64,000 nt of DNA from an uncultured Christensenella sp. (GCA_910577815.1 CAJTNO010000001.1:284557-348556), one strand, 5' to 3'; shown: positions 9,087 to 18,047, counted from the first letter of the stretch. Made by a program: numbers and translations. Notes: generated by a model not told the origin, from the letters alone.

Positions 9087-10448
9087 ATGAACGAAAATAA
9101 AAAAAATAAGCCCGTAAAATTTGCGCTCGACAGCTCCGCGGCATTCTATCCGTACTTCACTACGAGAAAGGCTCAGAGTATGTATTGCGTGGGCGCAGTG
9201 CTGGACGGGGATATCGACAGGGAGGTCTTAAAACGCGCCGTCAACGACGCGCTGAACAGGTTTCCTCTTTACAAAACCAAGGTCATAAGGGGCTACGGCT
9301 CTTATATGCTGAAAAGCAACGACGCGGAAGCCGAGGTGTTCGACCTCGACGGCAAGGTGCTTAAGCCCATCGATACCAAGCTTACGCACGGCTATCAGTT
9401 CAGGCTTGCGTGCAGGCGCGACAGACTCACGCTCGAGATGTTCCACGCGCTGACCGACGCAAACGGCGCTATCGCTTTTCTTACCGCTATCATACGCAGA
9501 TACAGGGAGCTTTGCGGCGTCGAGTTTGACGGGAATTGCGGCGTAGAGGCGTGGAACGCCGCTCCCAAAGCGGGCGAGCTGGAGGACGGCTTTAAGAAAT
9601 ATTATAAACGCATATCCTTGAGAGAACTGAATTTAAAGGGAATGGCAGGCGGAGTTCCGCACAGAATTAAGGGCACGCTTCTTAAGGACGGATATATCCT
9701 TGAGGACGGCGTTATGGACGCCGATAAGCTTCTTGAAAACGCAAGAGCTATGGGCGTGTCGCTTACGGCGTACGTTGCGGGCGCGGTTGCGTACGGAATT
9801 ATCAGAACGTCGGAAGTGAAACGTCCTATCGTCATTATGGTTCCCGTAAATCTGAGAAAGCTGTTTCCCACCGAGTCGCTGAGCAACTTCGTCACCTTTG
9901 TGCGGCTTATCGTTAAAAAAGAGGAGTGCGCAAGCTTTGAGGATTGCGTTAAAACCTGCGCCGCGCAGCTTAAGGAAAAGGCTGCCAAGGATAAGATGCA
10001 GGCTTTTATTTCCACAACGGTACGCGCTCAGCGTAATTTTATATTCCGCGCCGTGCCCCTCTTTTTAAAGTGGATTCTGATAAGACTCGGCAGACTGTTT
10101 ATGAAGTCCCGTCAGACTATAATTATAAGCAATCTCGGCGGCTTCGACCTTCCCGAGCAGATGGGCGTGGACGAGCTGCTTGTAAATCTCAACGTGTCTG
10201 CCAATAACGTCCAAAACCTCGGCATAGTCTCCTATCGCGGAAGGTGTAAGCTGACCTTTACAAGCGCTATCGCCGAGCTCGATATGCCGCGCGCTACGTT
10301 TGAAATTCTCTCCGAGCAGGGCGTGAACGTCGCAAAAACGGGTTTTATACGCAATAAGGATACGGATAACGCTCCGATTACGAATATACAAGAGGATAAA
10401 CAATATGAAAAAGCTAAATTCAGAACAACTGAGAAAACTCTATCTTGA
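9087..10448 (+). CDS. HxxxD-motif acyltransferase-like protein (condensation / alcohol acetyltransferase superfamily)
   Basis: 453 aa with FHALTDANG (HxxxD). Size and layout resemble stand-alone condensation-type acyltransferases. The 3' end overlaps the alaS start by 44 nt. Confidence 0.5.
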   Translation: MNENKKNKPVKFALDSSAAFYPYFTTRKAQSMYCVGAVLDGDIDREVLKRAVNDALNRFPLYKTKVIRGYGSYMLKSNDAEAEVFDLDGKVLKPIDTKLTHGYQFRLACRRDRLTLEMFHALTDANGAIAFLTAIIRRYRELCGVEFDGNCGVEAWNAAPKAGELEDGFKKYYKRISLRELNLKGMAGGVPHRIKGTLLKDGYILEDGVMDADKLLENARAMGVSLTAYVAGAVAYGIIRTSEVKRPIVIMVPVNLRKLFPTESLSNFVTFVRLIVKKEECASFEDCVKTCAAQLKEKAAKDKMQAFISTTVRAQRNFIFRAVPLFLKWILIRLGRLFMKSRQTIIISNLGGFDLPEQMGVDELLVNLNVSANNVQNLGIVSYRGRCKLTFTSAIAELDMPRATFEILSEQGVNVAKTGFIRNKDTDNAPITNIQEDKQYEKAKFRTTEKTLS

Positions 10449-12192
10449 CTTTTACAATTCCAAGGCGCACGCCGTTATAGAATCGGCGTCGCTTATTCCC
10501 GAGAACGACCCGACCGTGCTCTTTACTACTGCCGGTATGCATCCGCTCGTTCCCTATCTCCTGGGTGAAAAGCATCCCGCGGGCAAGCGTCTTACCGACG
10601 TTCAGGTCTGCGTGCGTACGGGAGATATCGAATCGGTAGGCGACGCAAGCCACTGCACCTTCTTCGAGATGCTCGGCAGCTGGTCGCTGGGCGATTATTT
10701 CAAGCGCGACGCCATAGCCTGGTCGTACGAGCTTCTGCTCGAGAAACTCGAGTTCGATAAGGACAGATTCGCCGTTACCGTTTTTGCGGGCGACGAGAAC
10801 TGCCCCCGCGACGACGAAAGCGCTAAGCGTTGGGAGGAGCTTGGAATATCCAAGGACAACATTTTCTACCTCGATAAAAAGCACAACTGGTGGGGTCCTG
10901 CGGGTATGACCGGTCCCTGCGGTCCCGATACCGAGATGTTTATAGATACGGGCAAGCCCAAATGCTCGGAGAATTGCTCGCCCGCCTGCGACTGCGGCAA
11001 GTATATGGAGATTGGCAACGACGTATTTATGCAATACTTTAAAAACGCGGACGGAAGCTTCGAGCCGCTCAAGAACAAGAACGTCGACCAAGGTATGGGT
11101 CTCGAAAGAATGCTGTGCATCCTCAACGGTTATAAATCTGTGTTCGAAACGGACCTTTTCAGCTTTGCAATAGAAAAGCTCGAGCAGCTTAGCGGAAAGC
11201 GCTACGGCGAGGATGACGACGTTACAAAGGCTATGCGCATTATTGCGGACCATACGAGAACGTCAACCTTCCTGCTCGGCGACAGAAACGGAGTTTCTCC
11301 GTCCAACGTGGACCAAGGCTACGTTTTGCGCCGCCTCATCCGCCGCGCTATGAGATATTGCCGCGCCATCGGCGTGGACGACGGCGCGCTTGCGGAGCTT
11401 GCAAGGCTGTACGTCGATAAGTATAAAAACGCATATCCCTATATCAAGGAGAACGAGGAGAGAATCGTGCTCGAGCTTAATTCCGAAAGGGATAAGTTTG
11501 CAAAGACTATAGAACAGGGGCTTAAGGAGTTTGACAAGGTGCTTTCGCACCTGCCGCAGGGAATGACCGTATTCCCCGGCAAGACGGCGTTCAGACTTTA
11601 CGATACGTTCGGCTTCCCCATCGAGATGACGGAGGAGCTTGCAAAGGAAAAGGGCTTCGTACTCGATACCGAGGGCTATAAGAAGGCGTTTGCCGACCAT
11701 CAGGCTTTGAGTAAGGCGGGCGCGGAGCAGAAGTTTAAGGGAGGACTCGCCGATAACGGCGTTCAGACCGCAAGACTGCACAGCGCGACTCATCTGCTCA
11801 ACGCCGCGCTTAAGACTGTGCTTAACGATAATTCCATTCAGCAAAAGGGAAGCAATATCACGGCGGAAAGATTGCGCTTCGATTTCAATTTTCCGCGTCC
11901 GCTTACCAAGGAGGAGCTTGAAAGAGTGGAACAGCTTGTAAACGGCGAAATTGCAAAGGACGTTCCCGTTAAGCTGGAGGAGATGACCGTTGAGCAGGCT
12001 AAGGCGGCGGGAGCGATTGGCGTTTTCTCAAGCAAGTACGGCGAGGTCGTAAAGGTTTACACCATAGGCTTTTCAAAGGAGATTTGCGGAGGTCCGCACG
12101 CGGCAACCACGGGAGAACTCGGCAAATTCCGCATAGTTAAGGAGCAGAGCTCGTCCGCGGGCGTAAGACGTATAAAAGCCGTTTTGGAATAA
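10405..12192 (+). CDS. alaS: Alanine--tRNA ligase, short form lacking the C-Ala domain
   Basis: Class II catalytic core (NDPTVLFTTAGMHPLVPY, FFEMLGSWSLGDYFK, WGPAGMTGPCGPDTEMF). Editing domain (HSATHLLNAAL, CGGPHA). Ends ...GVRRIKAVLE at 595 aa. Confidence 0.9.
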   Translation: MKKLNSEQLRKLYLDFYNSKAHAVIESASLIPENDPTVLFTTAGMHPLVPYLLGEKHPAGKRLTDVQVCVRTGDIESVGDASHCTFFEMLGSWSLGDYFKRDAIAWSYELLLEKLEFDKDRFAVTVFAGDENCPRDDESAKRWEELGISKDNIFYLDKKHNWWGPAGMTGPCGPDTEMFIDTGKPKCSENCSPACDCGKYMEIGNDVFMQYFKNADGSFEPLKNKNVDQGMGLERMLCILNGYKSVFETDLFSFAIEKLEQLSGKRYGEDDDVTKAMRIIADHTRTSTFLLGDRNGVSPSNVDQGYVLRRLIRRAMRYCRAIGVDDGALAELARLYVDKYKNAYPYIKENEERIVLELNSERDKFAKTIEQGLKEFDKVLSHLPQGMTVFPGKTAFRLYDTFGFPIEMTEELAKEKGFVLDTEGYKKAFADHQALSKAGAEQKFKGGLADNGVQTARLHSATHLLNAALKTVLNDNSIQQKGSNITAERLRFDFNFPRPLTKEELERVEQLVNGEIAKDVPVKLEEMTVEQAKAAGAIGVFSSKYGEVVKVYTIGFSKEICGGPHAATTGELGKFRIVKEQSSSAGVRRIKAVLE

Positions 12193-12375
12193 TATCCGAT
12201 AAAATCGCTTGCGTATAGCCTGACGGAAGTAAGCACTATATGCGAAGCGGTCGGCTGCGCGGCAAGAAGCGCGCCTAAAATGTTGACTATTGGATATAAT
12301 TAGTTTATATTATATAAACAAAACTGCAATCGCGCGTATACTATAGTTGTAGCTTACGCGACAAGGAGGTTTGAT

Positions 12376-13137
12376 ATGAAAAAGAATCTTGAAAAGATAT
12401 TTGCGTCCGCCAGTATTATCGTTGCGGTCATTATGATTATGATTTTGATTGTGACGGCGTTTGGCGGCATCAACGTGAAGGAGTTTGAAAGCGAGCTCGT
12501 CCGCGGTCTGCTAATCACGCTTGCGATACTCTACTTTGTGCTTGCAAGCGTTGCGCTTGTGCTTATGTTTGTAAACAGCGACGTCATAAAGGACGTTGTT
12601 ATCCGCACCGAAACCGGCGGCTCGGTCAGGGTGTCATCTAAGGTCATCAACAAGTTTGTTAAGAAGGCTTGCGCCGAGATTGAGGGCTTGAAATGCAAAA
12701 AGGTCGTTCTTGTGCAGGACGATTACGGCGTGCGCCTTAAGGTCAACGTCAAGATTGTAGACAAGGACGTCGTAGAGGTGGAAACCTATCTGCGTACCTT
12801 GCTCGAGGATATGTTCTTCGGCGAGTTCGGCTTTAAGTTCGAGTCCATTGAAATTAAGGTTATGGTGCTTACGCCTACCTATAAGTCCGACAAGGCGGCG
12901 ATAGAGGCGATTGTTGCCGAGAAGGTTGCCGAGATACGCGCCGAGCAGCCCGAGGAGCTTAAGCCCGAAGCCGTGGCGGCAGAGAAGCCCGCAGAGAATA
13001 CGGCTGTCGCAGAGGCGGCGGAGCCGCAGACGGTTGCTGCGGAGAGCGTTGCGGAGCAGTCGGCGGTCGCGCCCGAGAGTAACGACGCGTCCGAGGAAAT
13101 AGTCGCAGACGCAGCCGCGCAGGATATAACCGAATAA
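12376..13137 (+). CDS. Membrane protein with an Asp23/Gls24-like core and an acidic Ala/Glu/Pro-rich tail
   Basis: Two N-terminal TM helices, a central segment resembling alkaline-shock (Asp23) family proteins, and a low-complexity C-terminus. Confidence 0.5.
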   Translation: MKKNLEKIFASASIIVAVIMIMILIVTAFGGINVKEFESELVRGLLITLAILYFVLASVALVLMFVNSDVIKDVVIRTETGGSVRVSSKVINKFVKKACAEIEGLKCKKVVLVQDDYGVRLKVNVKIVDKDVVEVETYLRTLLEDMFFGEFGFKFESIEIKVMVLTPTYKSDKAAIEAIVAEKVAEIRAEQPEELKPEAVAAEKPAENTAVAEAAEPQTVAAESVAEQSAVAPESNDASEEIVADAAAQDITE

Positions 13138-13196
13138 AAAAGAGAAAAGCCGTGCTGACCGCCCTCAGGGGCGGTTGCACTTGTTAAGGAGTATAT

Positions 13197-13676
13197 ATGA
13201 AAGAAGTAATTTTAACCCAAGAAGGTCTTGAAGAACTTAAAAAGCGTCTGGATTATCTTATCGTTTATCTGCGCGACGACGTTGCAAAGAAGCTTCAGCA
13301 CGCAAGAGAGCTGGGCGACCTCAGCGAGAATGCCGAGTATGACGCCGCCAAGCAGGAGGAGGGGCAGGTAGCGCAGGAGATTAAGGACCTAGAAGAACGC
13401 ATTAAAAACGCCAAGATTATTGAGAAGGCGGCGACGGGCAAGGTGTCCGTGGGACATACCATAAAGGTAGAGTATCTCGGCGAGGTGGACGAGGACGAGG
13501 AAAGCATCCTCACCGTTCAGCTTGTGGGCGAGACCGAGGCGGATTTTGCAAAGGGCAAGATTAGCAACGAATCTCCTCTCGGCAAGGCGCTTATAGGCAA
13601 AAAGGCGGGAGAAAAGGTTAAGTTTGCCAATATCCACGGCGGAATCGAGGAATACAAGGTTATTTCTATAAAATAA
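13197..13676 (+). CDS. greA: Transcription elongation factor GreA
   Basis: 159 aa. Coiled-coil N-terminus with GDLSENAEYDAAK and a C-terminal FKBP-like domain with SPLGKALIGKKAGE. Confidence 0.92.
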   Translation: MKEVILTQEGLEELKKRLDYLIVYLRDDVAKKLQHARELGDLSENAEYDAAKQEEGQVAQEIKDLEERIKNAKIIEKAATGKVSVGHTIKVEYLGEVDEDEESILTVQLVGETEADFAKGKISNESPLGKALIGKKAGEKVKFANIHGGIEEYKVISIK

Positions 13677-13716
13677 TTACATTACATAACGCTCTTTGGG
13701 CGCAGGATTTGAAGTT

Positions 13717-15216
13717 ATGAGCGAACAGCAAATGAATACACCCGAGCTCCGTCCCGAGGCGGACGCCAACGAGGTGCGCAAGGTCAGAATAGAAAAGCTA
13801 AGGGAGCTTAGCGAAAACGGAAAAAATCCTTTTGAGATTACGTCCTTTGACAGGACTGCTACCGCCGCGGAGGTCAACGGCGATTACGACCGTCTCGAGG
13901 GTCAGTCCGTCCGCGTTGCGGGCAGACTCGTATCCAAGAGAATTATGGGCAAGGCGAGCTTTGGTCATATCCTCGACAGCGACGGCAAATTGCAGGGCTA
14001 TTTCAGCCGCGACGATATGGGCACAGAGGAATATCAGGCGTTTAAGAAATGGGACGTCGGCGATATTATCGGCATAGAGGGCGAGGTGTTTAAGACCAAG
14101 ACCGGCGAGATTTCCGTACACGTAAAGAGGGCGGAGCTACTTGCCAAATCACTGCTTCCGCTCCCCGAAAAATACCACGGTCTTAAGGATACGGAGCTGA
14201 GATACCGTCAGCGCTACGTCGACCTTATTGCAAATCCCGAGGTCAAGGACGTGTTTTTAAAGCGCAGCAGGATAATTTCCACCATTCGCGAGGTTCTTGA
14301 CAAAAAGGGCTTTGTAGAGGTTGAAACTCCTATACTCAATACCCTTGCCGGCGGCGCAAACGCGCGTCCGTTTATTACCCACCACAATACGCTGGATATC
14401 GATATGTATATGCGTATCGCTACCGAGCTGCACCTAAAGCGCTGTATAGTCGGCGGCTTCGATAAGGTTTACGAGATAGGCAGACAGTTCCGCAACGAGG
14501 GAATGGACCCTAAGCATAATCCCGAATTTACCACTATCGAGCTTTATCAGGCGTACTCCGATTACAAGGATATGATGGATATTACCGAGGAGCTGTACAG
14601 CACCGCCTGTATGCGCGTGCGCGGCACTCTGGATATAGAGTATCAGGGACAGCCGCTTTGCTTTAAAACTCCGTGGGCGAGGCTTTCTATGGTGGAGGCT
14701 GTAAAAAAATATACGGGACTGGATTTCGATACGCAGTCGCTTGACGAGCTTATCGCACAGGCTAACGCCAAGGGTCTCGAGCTTGCAAAGAATACGTCCT
14801 GGGGCACTGCGCTCTACGAGGTGTTTGACCGATTTGTAGAGGAAAAGTTGGTCGGACCTATCTTTATATACGATTATCCCGTTGAAGTGAGTCCGCTTGC
14901 AAAACGCAAGCCCTCCGACCCGCGCCTTACCGAAAGATTTGAGTTTTTCGTTTGCGCAAGCGAGGGCGGAAATGCGTTCAGCGAGCTTAACGACCCAATC
15001 GACCAGCGTTCGCGCTTCGAGCAGCAGATGCTTGCCAAGGCAAACGGCGACGAGGAGGCTCAGCCCTATGACGAGGATTTCTGCAACGCTCTCGAGTACG
15101 GAATGCCTCCGACAGGCGGCGTGGGCATAGGAATAGACAGAATGGTTATGGTGCTTACGGATTCGGCTTCTATACGTGATGTGTTACTTTTTCCCACAAT
15201 GCGCCCAATAAAATAA
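13717..15216 (+). CDS. lysS: Lysine--tRNA ligase (class II)
   Basis: OB-fold N-terminus and class II motifs (FVEVETPIL, YEIGRQFRNEG, GGVGIGIDRMVMVLT). ATG 13717 was chosen over the upstream TTG. Confidence 0.92.
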   Translation: MSEQQMNTPELRPEADANEVRKVRIEKLRELSENGKNPFEITSFDRTATAAEVNGDYDRLEGQSVRVAGRLVSKRIMGKASFGHILDSDGKLQGYFSRDDMGTEEYQAFKKWDVGDIIGIEGEVFKTKTGEISVHVKRAELLAKSLLPLPEKYHGLKDTELRYRQRYVDLIANPEVKDVFLKRSRIISTIREVLDKKGFVEVETPILNTLAGGANARPFITHHNTLDIDMYMRIATELHLKRCIVGGFDKVYEIGRQFRNEGMDPKHNPEFTTIELYQAYSDYKDMMDITEELYSTACMRVRGTLDIEYQGQPLCFKTPWARLSMVEAVKKYTGLDFDTQSLDELIAQANAKGLELAKNTSWGTALYEVFDRFVEEKLVGPIFIYDYPVEVSPLAKRKPSDPRLTERFEFFVCASEGGNAFSELNDPIDQRSRFEQQMLAKANGDEEAQPYDEDFCNALEYGMPPTGGVGIGIDRMVMVLTDSASIRDVLLFPTMRPIK

Positions 15217-15467
15217 TTGCGCCGACTGTCACACCTTGTGTGCCTGTCACAAATAATTTTGTGTGCCTATCACGCGTTATCTGAGTGAAGGCACACTGTG
15301 GTACGCACACTTGCGAGAATGCGAAATTTATAGTCATTTAAAGTAAACTCGCAAGATGTGCTGTGAGCGCAATCGTTTAAGGTGCAAAAGAGGCAAGTGA
15401 ATTGCCACTTTTGCGGAATGAAATTATTTGTAGGTGTACATCGCTCGTTACGAAGTTTAGAACACGA

Positions 15468-15760
15468 CGCGCAGGGCGCGGAGCTATTGAGCGCCGAAGT
15501 GCGATGATAGTACAAGTGAGCGCGGACTTCGTCCGTTTAAACACCAAGCAAAAGGTTATGCGGAGTGTAGCAGGAGTTTATAACGTCGGAGAAAGTGAAC
15601 AGCAAATAATCTTTTGCGCGGTAGTACAGATAAAATCGAACTATCATAATAACAATGATTACATCGTAAGCGTTGTTATGTGATATGTGCCGATTTTAGC
15701 TGTTGAGTGGTGGGAGCGGCGAGACCGGAAAGAGGGGGCTATTCTATTTATGTACACGAC
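15468..15760 (+). repeat. Modular intergenic element, copy A (candidate structured RNA or BOX-like repeat)
   Basis: 5' block 15471-15521 and 3' block 15705-15757 are near-identical to 61070-61121 and 61242-61304. The interior is unrelated in sequence but contains hairpins at equivalent positions. Confidence 0.6.
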
Positions 15761-15792
15761 ATACAGCATTAAAAAGTGACTTGAGCGTACTT

Positions 15793-16077
15793 TTATTGTA
15801 ATTTGCACAGCCCAAGTTCTAACGCCAGTTTAAAGCCAGATTTGAAACCATAATAATATATGTTATCTTCAACCTCACTGTAATACTCTCCGATAGCTTC
15901 GTCTAATTTATTATAGAGGTCTATTATTTGAGGTTGATTTTCAATAGCTTCAAACAATTTATGCTCCAAATCAACAATCACATTAAGTGCATCTGTAATC
16001 TTTTGTGTATTTTTTATTATTTTATAGTCGTCTCTTTGAGCATAAAGCAGCATTGTTATTATATTTAGTTCATTCAT
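15793..16077 (-). CDS. Hypothetical small protein (94 aa) in an AT-rich island, divergent from an XRE regulator
   Basis: ORF with GAGGT upstream of the ATG and AT-rich codon usage. It shares the palindrome-containing intergenic region with the 16171 gene. Confidence 0.5.
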   Translation of the reverse strand: MNELNIITMLLYAQRDDYKIIKNTQKITDALNVIVDLEHKLFEAIENQPQIIDLYNKLDEAIGEYYSEVEDNIYYYGFKSGFKLALELGLCKLQ

Positions 16078-16114
16078 TACAGTAACCTCAAAAAATGATT
16101 GTATCTACATTCTA

Positions 16115-16149
16115 ATACCCATTTTGGGTATTGTCAACCCAAAATGGGT
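16115..16149. promoter_or_regulatory. Two adjacent palindromic operator-like sites in a divergent promoter region
   Basis: ATACCCATTTTGGGTAT (16115-16131) and ACCCAAAATGGGT (16137-16149). TATAAT at 16159-16164 lies only 6 nt before ATG 16171. Confidence 0.55.
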
Positions 16150-16170
16150 ATTTGCGCGTATAATTTTACT

Positions 16171-16389
16171 ATGACTGATTTTAATTTTGGAAAAAACCTT
16201 AAAGAAATAAGAAAAGCAAACCATTTAACTCAAGCACAAGTGGCGGAGTTGCTTCATTGTAGCATAAATAAATATGCGAGCTGGGAACAAGGTCGTACTG
16301 AACCTGATATAGAAAGCTTGTGGGAATTATGCAAAATTTTTAATGTGAACTATAACGATTTGCTTATTCCTATAAATTCCCAATATTAA
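16171..16389 (+). CDS. XRE-family helix-turn-helix regulator (72 aa)
   Basis: LKEIRKANHLTQAQVAELLHCSINKYASWEQGRTEPD is the Cro/C1-type HTH pattern. Start set at the internal ATG just after the -10 box. Confidence 0.75.
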   Translation: MTDFNFGKNLKEIRKANHLTQAQVAELLHCSINKYASWEQGRTEPDIESLWELCKIFNVNYNDLLIPINSQY

Positions 16390-16445
16390 AATTTATTTAG
16401 TTTTCATAACGCCTTCATATAACACTCTTGTGGTAAATAATTTTT

Positions 16446-16661
16446 ATGAGAAAAATACTTTTTGCAGAAAGATTAAAAGAATTACGTAAAGAAGAAAATT
16501 TAACGCAGTTGGAACTTGCAAAATCCACAGGGTTAAGTCAAAGCGCAATAACTGCTTGGGAAGTTGGCACAAACTCTCCGACAGCAACGGCAATCGTACT
16601 TCTTGCGGAATATTTTGACGTTACAACAGATTACATACTTGGCGTAAGTAATATCAGATGA
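16446..16661 (+). CDS. XRE-family helix-turn-helix regulator (71 aa)
   Basis: LKELRKEENLTQLELAKSTGLSQSAITAWEVGTNSP HTH pattern. Confidence 0.75.
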   Translation: MRKILFAERLKELRKEENLTQLELAKSTGLSQSAITAWEVGTNSPTATAIVLLAEYFDVTTDYILGVSNIR

Positions 16662-16797
16662 TTTTAATTTGCATTATTAAGTTATTAAATGTTTTAAACC
16701 ATATAAAAAATAAAGCCGATTCAATTTACTTATTTGTATATTTGATGGTATTATAAAACATATCACTTTTAGATATAATTTTTTTAAAGGTGAAAAT

Positions 16798-17025
16798 ATG
16801 GATTTAAAAATAGAAGTAGGTAAAAGATTGGCGTACTGTAGAAAGCAAGCGGGTTATACGCAGAAACAGGCAGGCGAAGCGGTGAATATGACGCAGCCTA
16901 ATTATGCAAGATATGAGAGAGGAGTTTATGAATTAAACTACTATCAAATAAAAACCCTTTGCGCTTTATTTGATGTATCCTCTGATTATTTATTTGGTCT
17001 TTCAAAAGACATCGGCAGAAACTAA
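16798..17025 (+). CDS. XRE-family helix-turn-helix regulator (75 aa)
   Basis: LAYCRKQAGYTQKQAGEAVNMTQPNYARYERGVYE HTH pattern. The stop is 3 nt before the ispE start. Confidence 0.75.
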   Translation: MDLKIEVGKRLAYCRKQAGYTQKQAGEAVNMTQPNYARYERGVYELNYYQIKTLCALFDVSSDYLFGLSKDIGRN

Positions 17026-17028
17026 ACA

Positions 17029-17850
17029 ATGACCATTAAAAGCGTTTATAAATCCGAAATACCTGCAAAAATAAATCTCAGCCTTGAAATTACGGGAAGG
17101 GCGGACAATTTGCATACGCTCAAAATGCTTGTTTGTCCATATCGGGGTTATAGCGATATTGTGGAATTTTATCCAAATACCGATAAGACCGATATAGAGA
17201 TTGAAATTGCAGAGGCTTATATCGGCTTCGATAAGGCGCGATTCTTGAATTTTTTTAATCCTAAAATAAAGGCTATCGGGCAGAAGCTCGGCATAGGCGG
17301 CAGGCTGGTAGTAAAAAAGGGCGTTCAGTTGGGCGCGGGCTTGGGCGGCTCCTCGGCGAGCATTGCGGGCGCGCTGTCCGCAATATGCGACTGTGCGCGG
17401 GAGCTTGGGAAATATACCCCGTTAGATACCTCCTTTCTGCTTGCGCTCGGCAGCGACGTGCCGTGTATGCTATTTTCCAAGCCGTGCATTGTGACGGGTG
17501 TGGGGGAGATTGTTTTGCCTGTGGATTTGCCCTTCGAGACAGACAATTTTAATGTTGAAATTGCCGAGGGCGGCTCGGATACCGCCGCTTGCTACGCTCT
17601 TTACGACAGGCTGAAGGAGACGGGGGCGGATACCTCCGCTTGCACTGACAATGCGGACGGCGCAAATTGTTATGAGCATTTAAATATTTGCGGCGAGGAG
17701 ATTGCTTTGTTTAAAAACGATTTGACCTTGCCCGCCTGTAGGCTCAACAAAAACATACAGACGTTGATTATTGCGTTAAAAGAAAAGCATAATTGTGTGT
17801 TTTTAAGCGGCAGCGGCAGCGCGGTGGTGTTCAAAGCCGACAAATTTTAG
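17029..17850 (+). CDS. ispE: 4-(cytidine 5'-diphospho)-2-C-methyl-D-erythritol kinase
   Basis: GHMP kinase: PAKINLSLEITG near the N-terminus and GAGLGGSSASIAGAL as the ATP-binding motif. Confidence 0.8.
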   Translation: MTIKSVYKSEIPAKINLSLEITGRADNLHTLKMLVCPYRGYSDIVEFYPNTDKTDIEIEIAEAYIGFDKARFLNFFNPKIKAIGQKLGIGGRLVVKKGVQLGAGLGGSSASIAGALSAICDCARELGKYTPLDTSFLLALGSDVPCMLFSKPCIVTGVGEIVLPVDLPFETDNFNVEIAEGGSDTAACYALYDRLKETGADTSACTDNADGANCYEHLNICGEEIALFKNDLTLPACRLNKNIQTLIIALKEKHNCVFLSGSGSAVVFKADKF

Positions 17851-18047
17851 ATTTATTTTTTATTATTTTTGCGGTTTTTGACATTTTTTGAAAATTTGCG
17901 ATTGCAAATTCTTTATTTTTGTAAAAATGTTATTTTGCTATTGTGCTTATATTTATAATTTGTTACAATAATATTAAAGTATATAGATATACAATACGTC
18001 TTGAGTGAGCTGTCACGACTTAACAAAAGAGTATTGCGGAGAGAATT

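Noticed and set aside
15270-15683. ORFs 15270-15515 (-) and 15402-15683 (+), with the matching 61047-61235 (-) ORF. They share the peptide YYHRTSALN.
   Set aside because: The shared peptide is only the translation of the conserved 5' block of the repeated element. The flanking residues are unrelated between copies, and there are no RBSs. They are artefacts of a nucleotide-level repeat.
15499-15760. Group II intron reading: GUGCG in the 5' block and a CUAUUCUAU-like 3' end.
   Set aside because: The element is only about 240-290 nt. It has no recognisable domain V (no 34-nt AGC...GNRA hairpin), no IEP/RT ORF and no interrupted host gene.
15684-15777. The 3' block of the repeated element could encode a small peptide (..EWWE(R/KY)RRDRKEGAILF..). 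The 6-nt indel between copies is in-frame.
   Set aside because: In copy B the frame has two stops (61224, 61227) and no ATG, GTG or TTG before the conserved block. In copy A only a GTG without an RBS is available. The C-termini also diverge completely.
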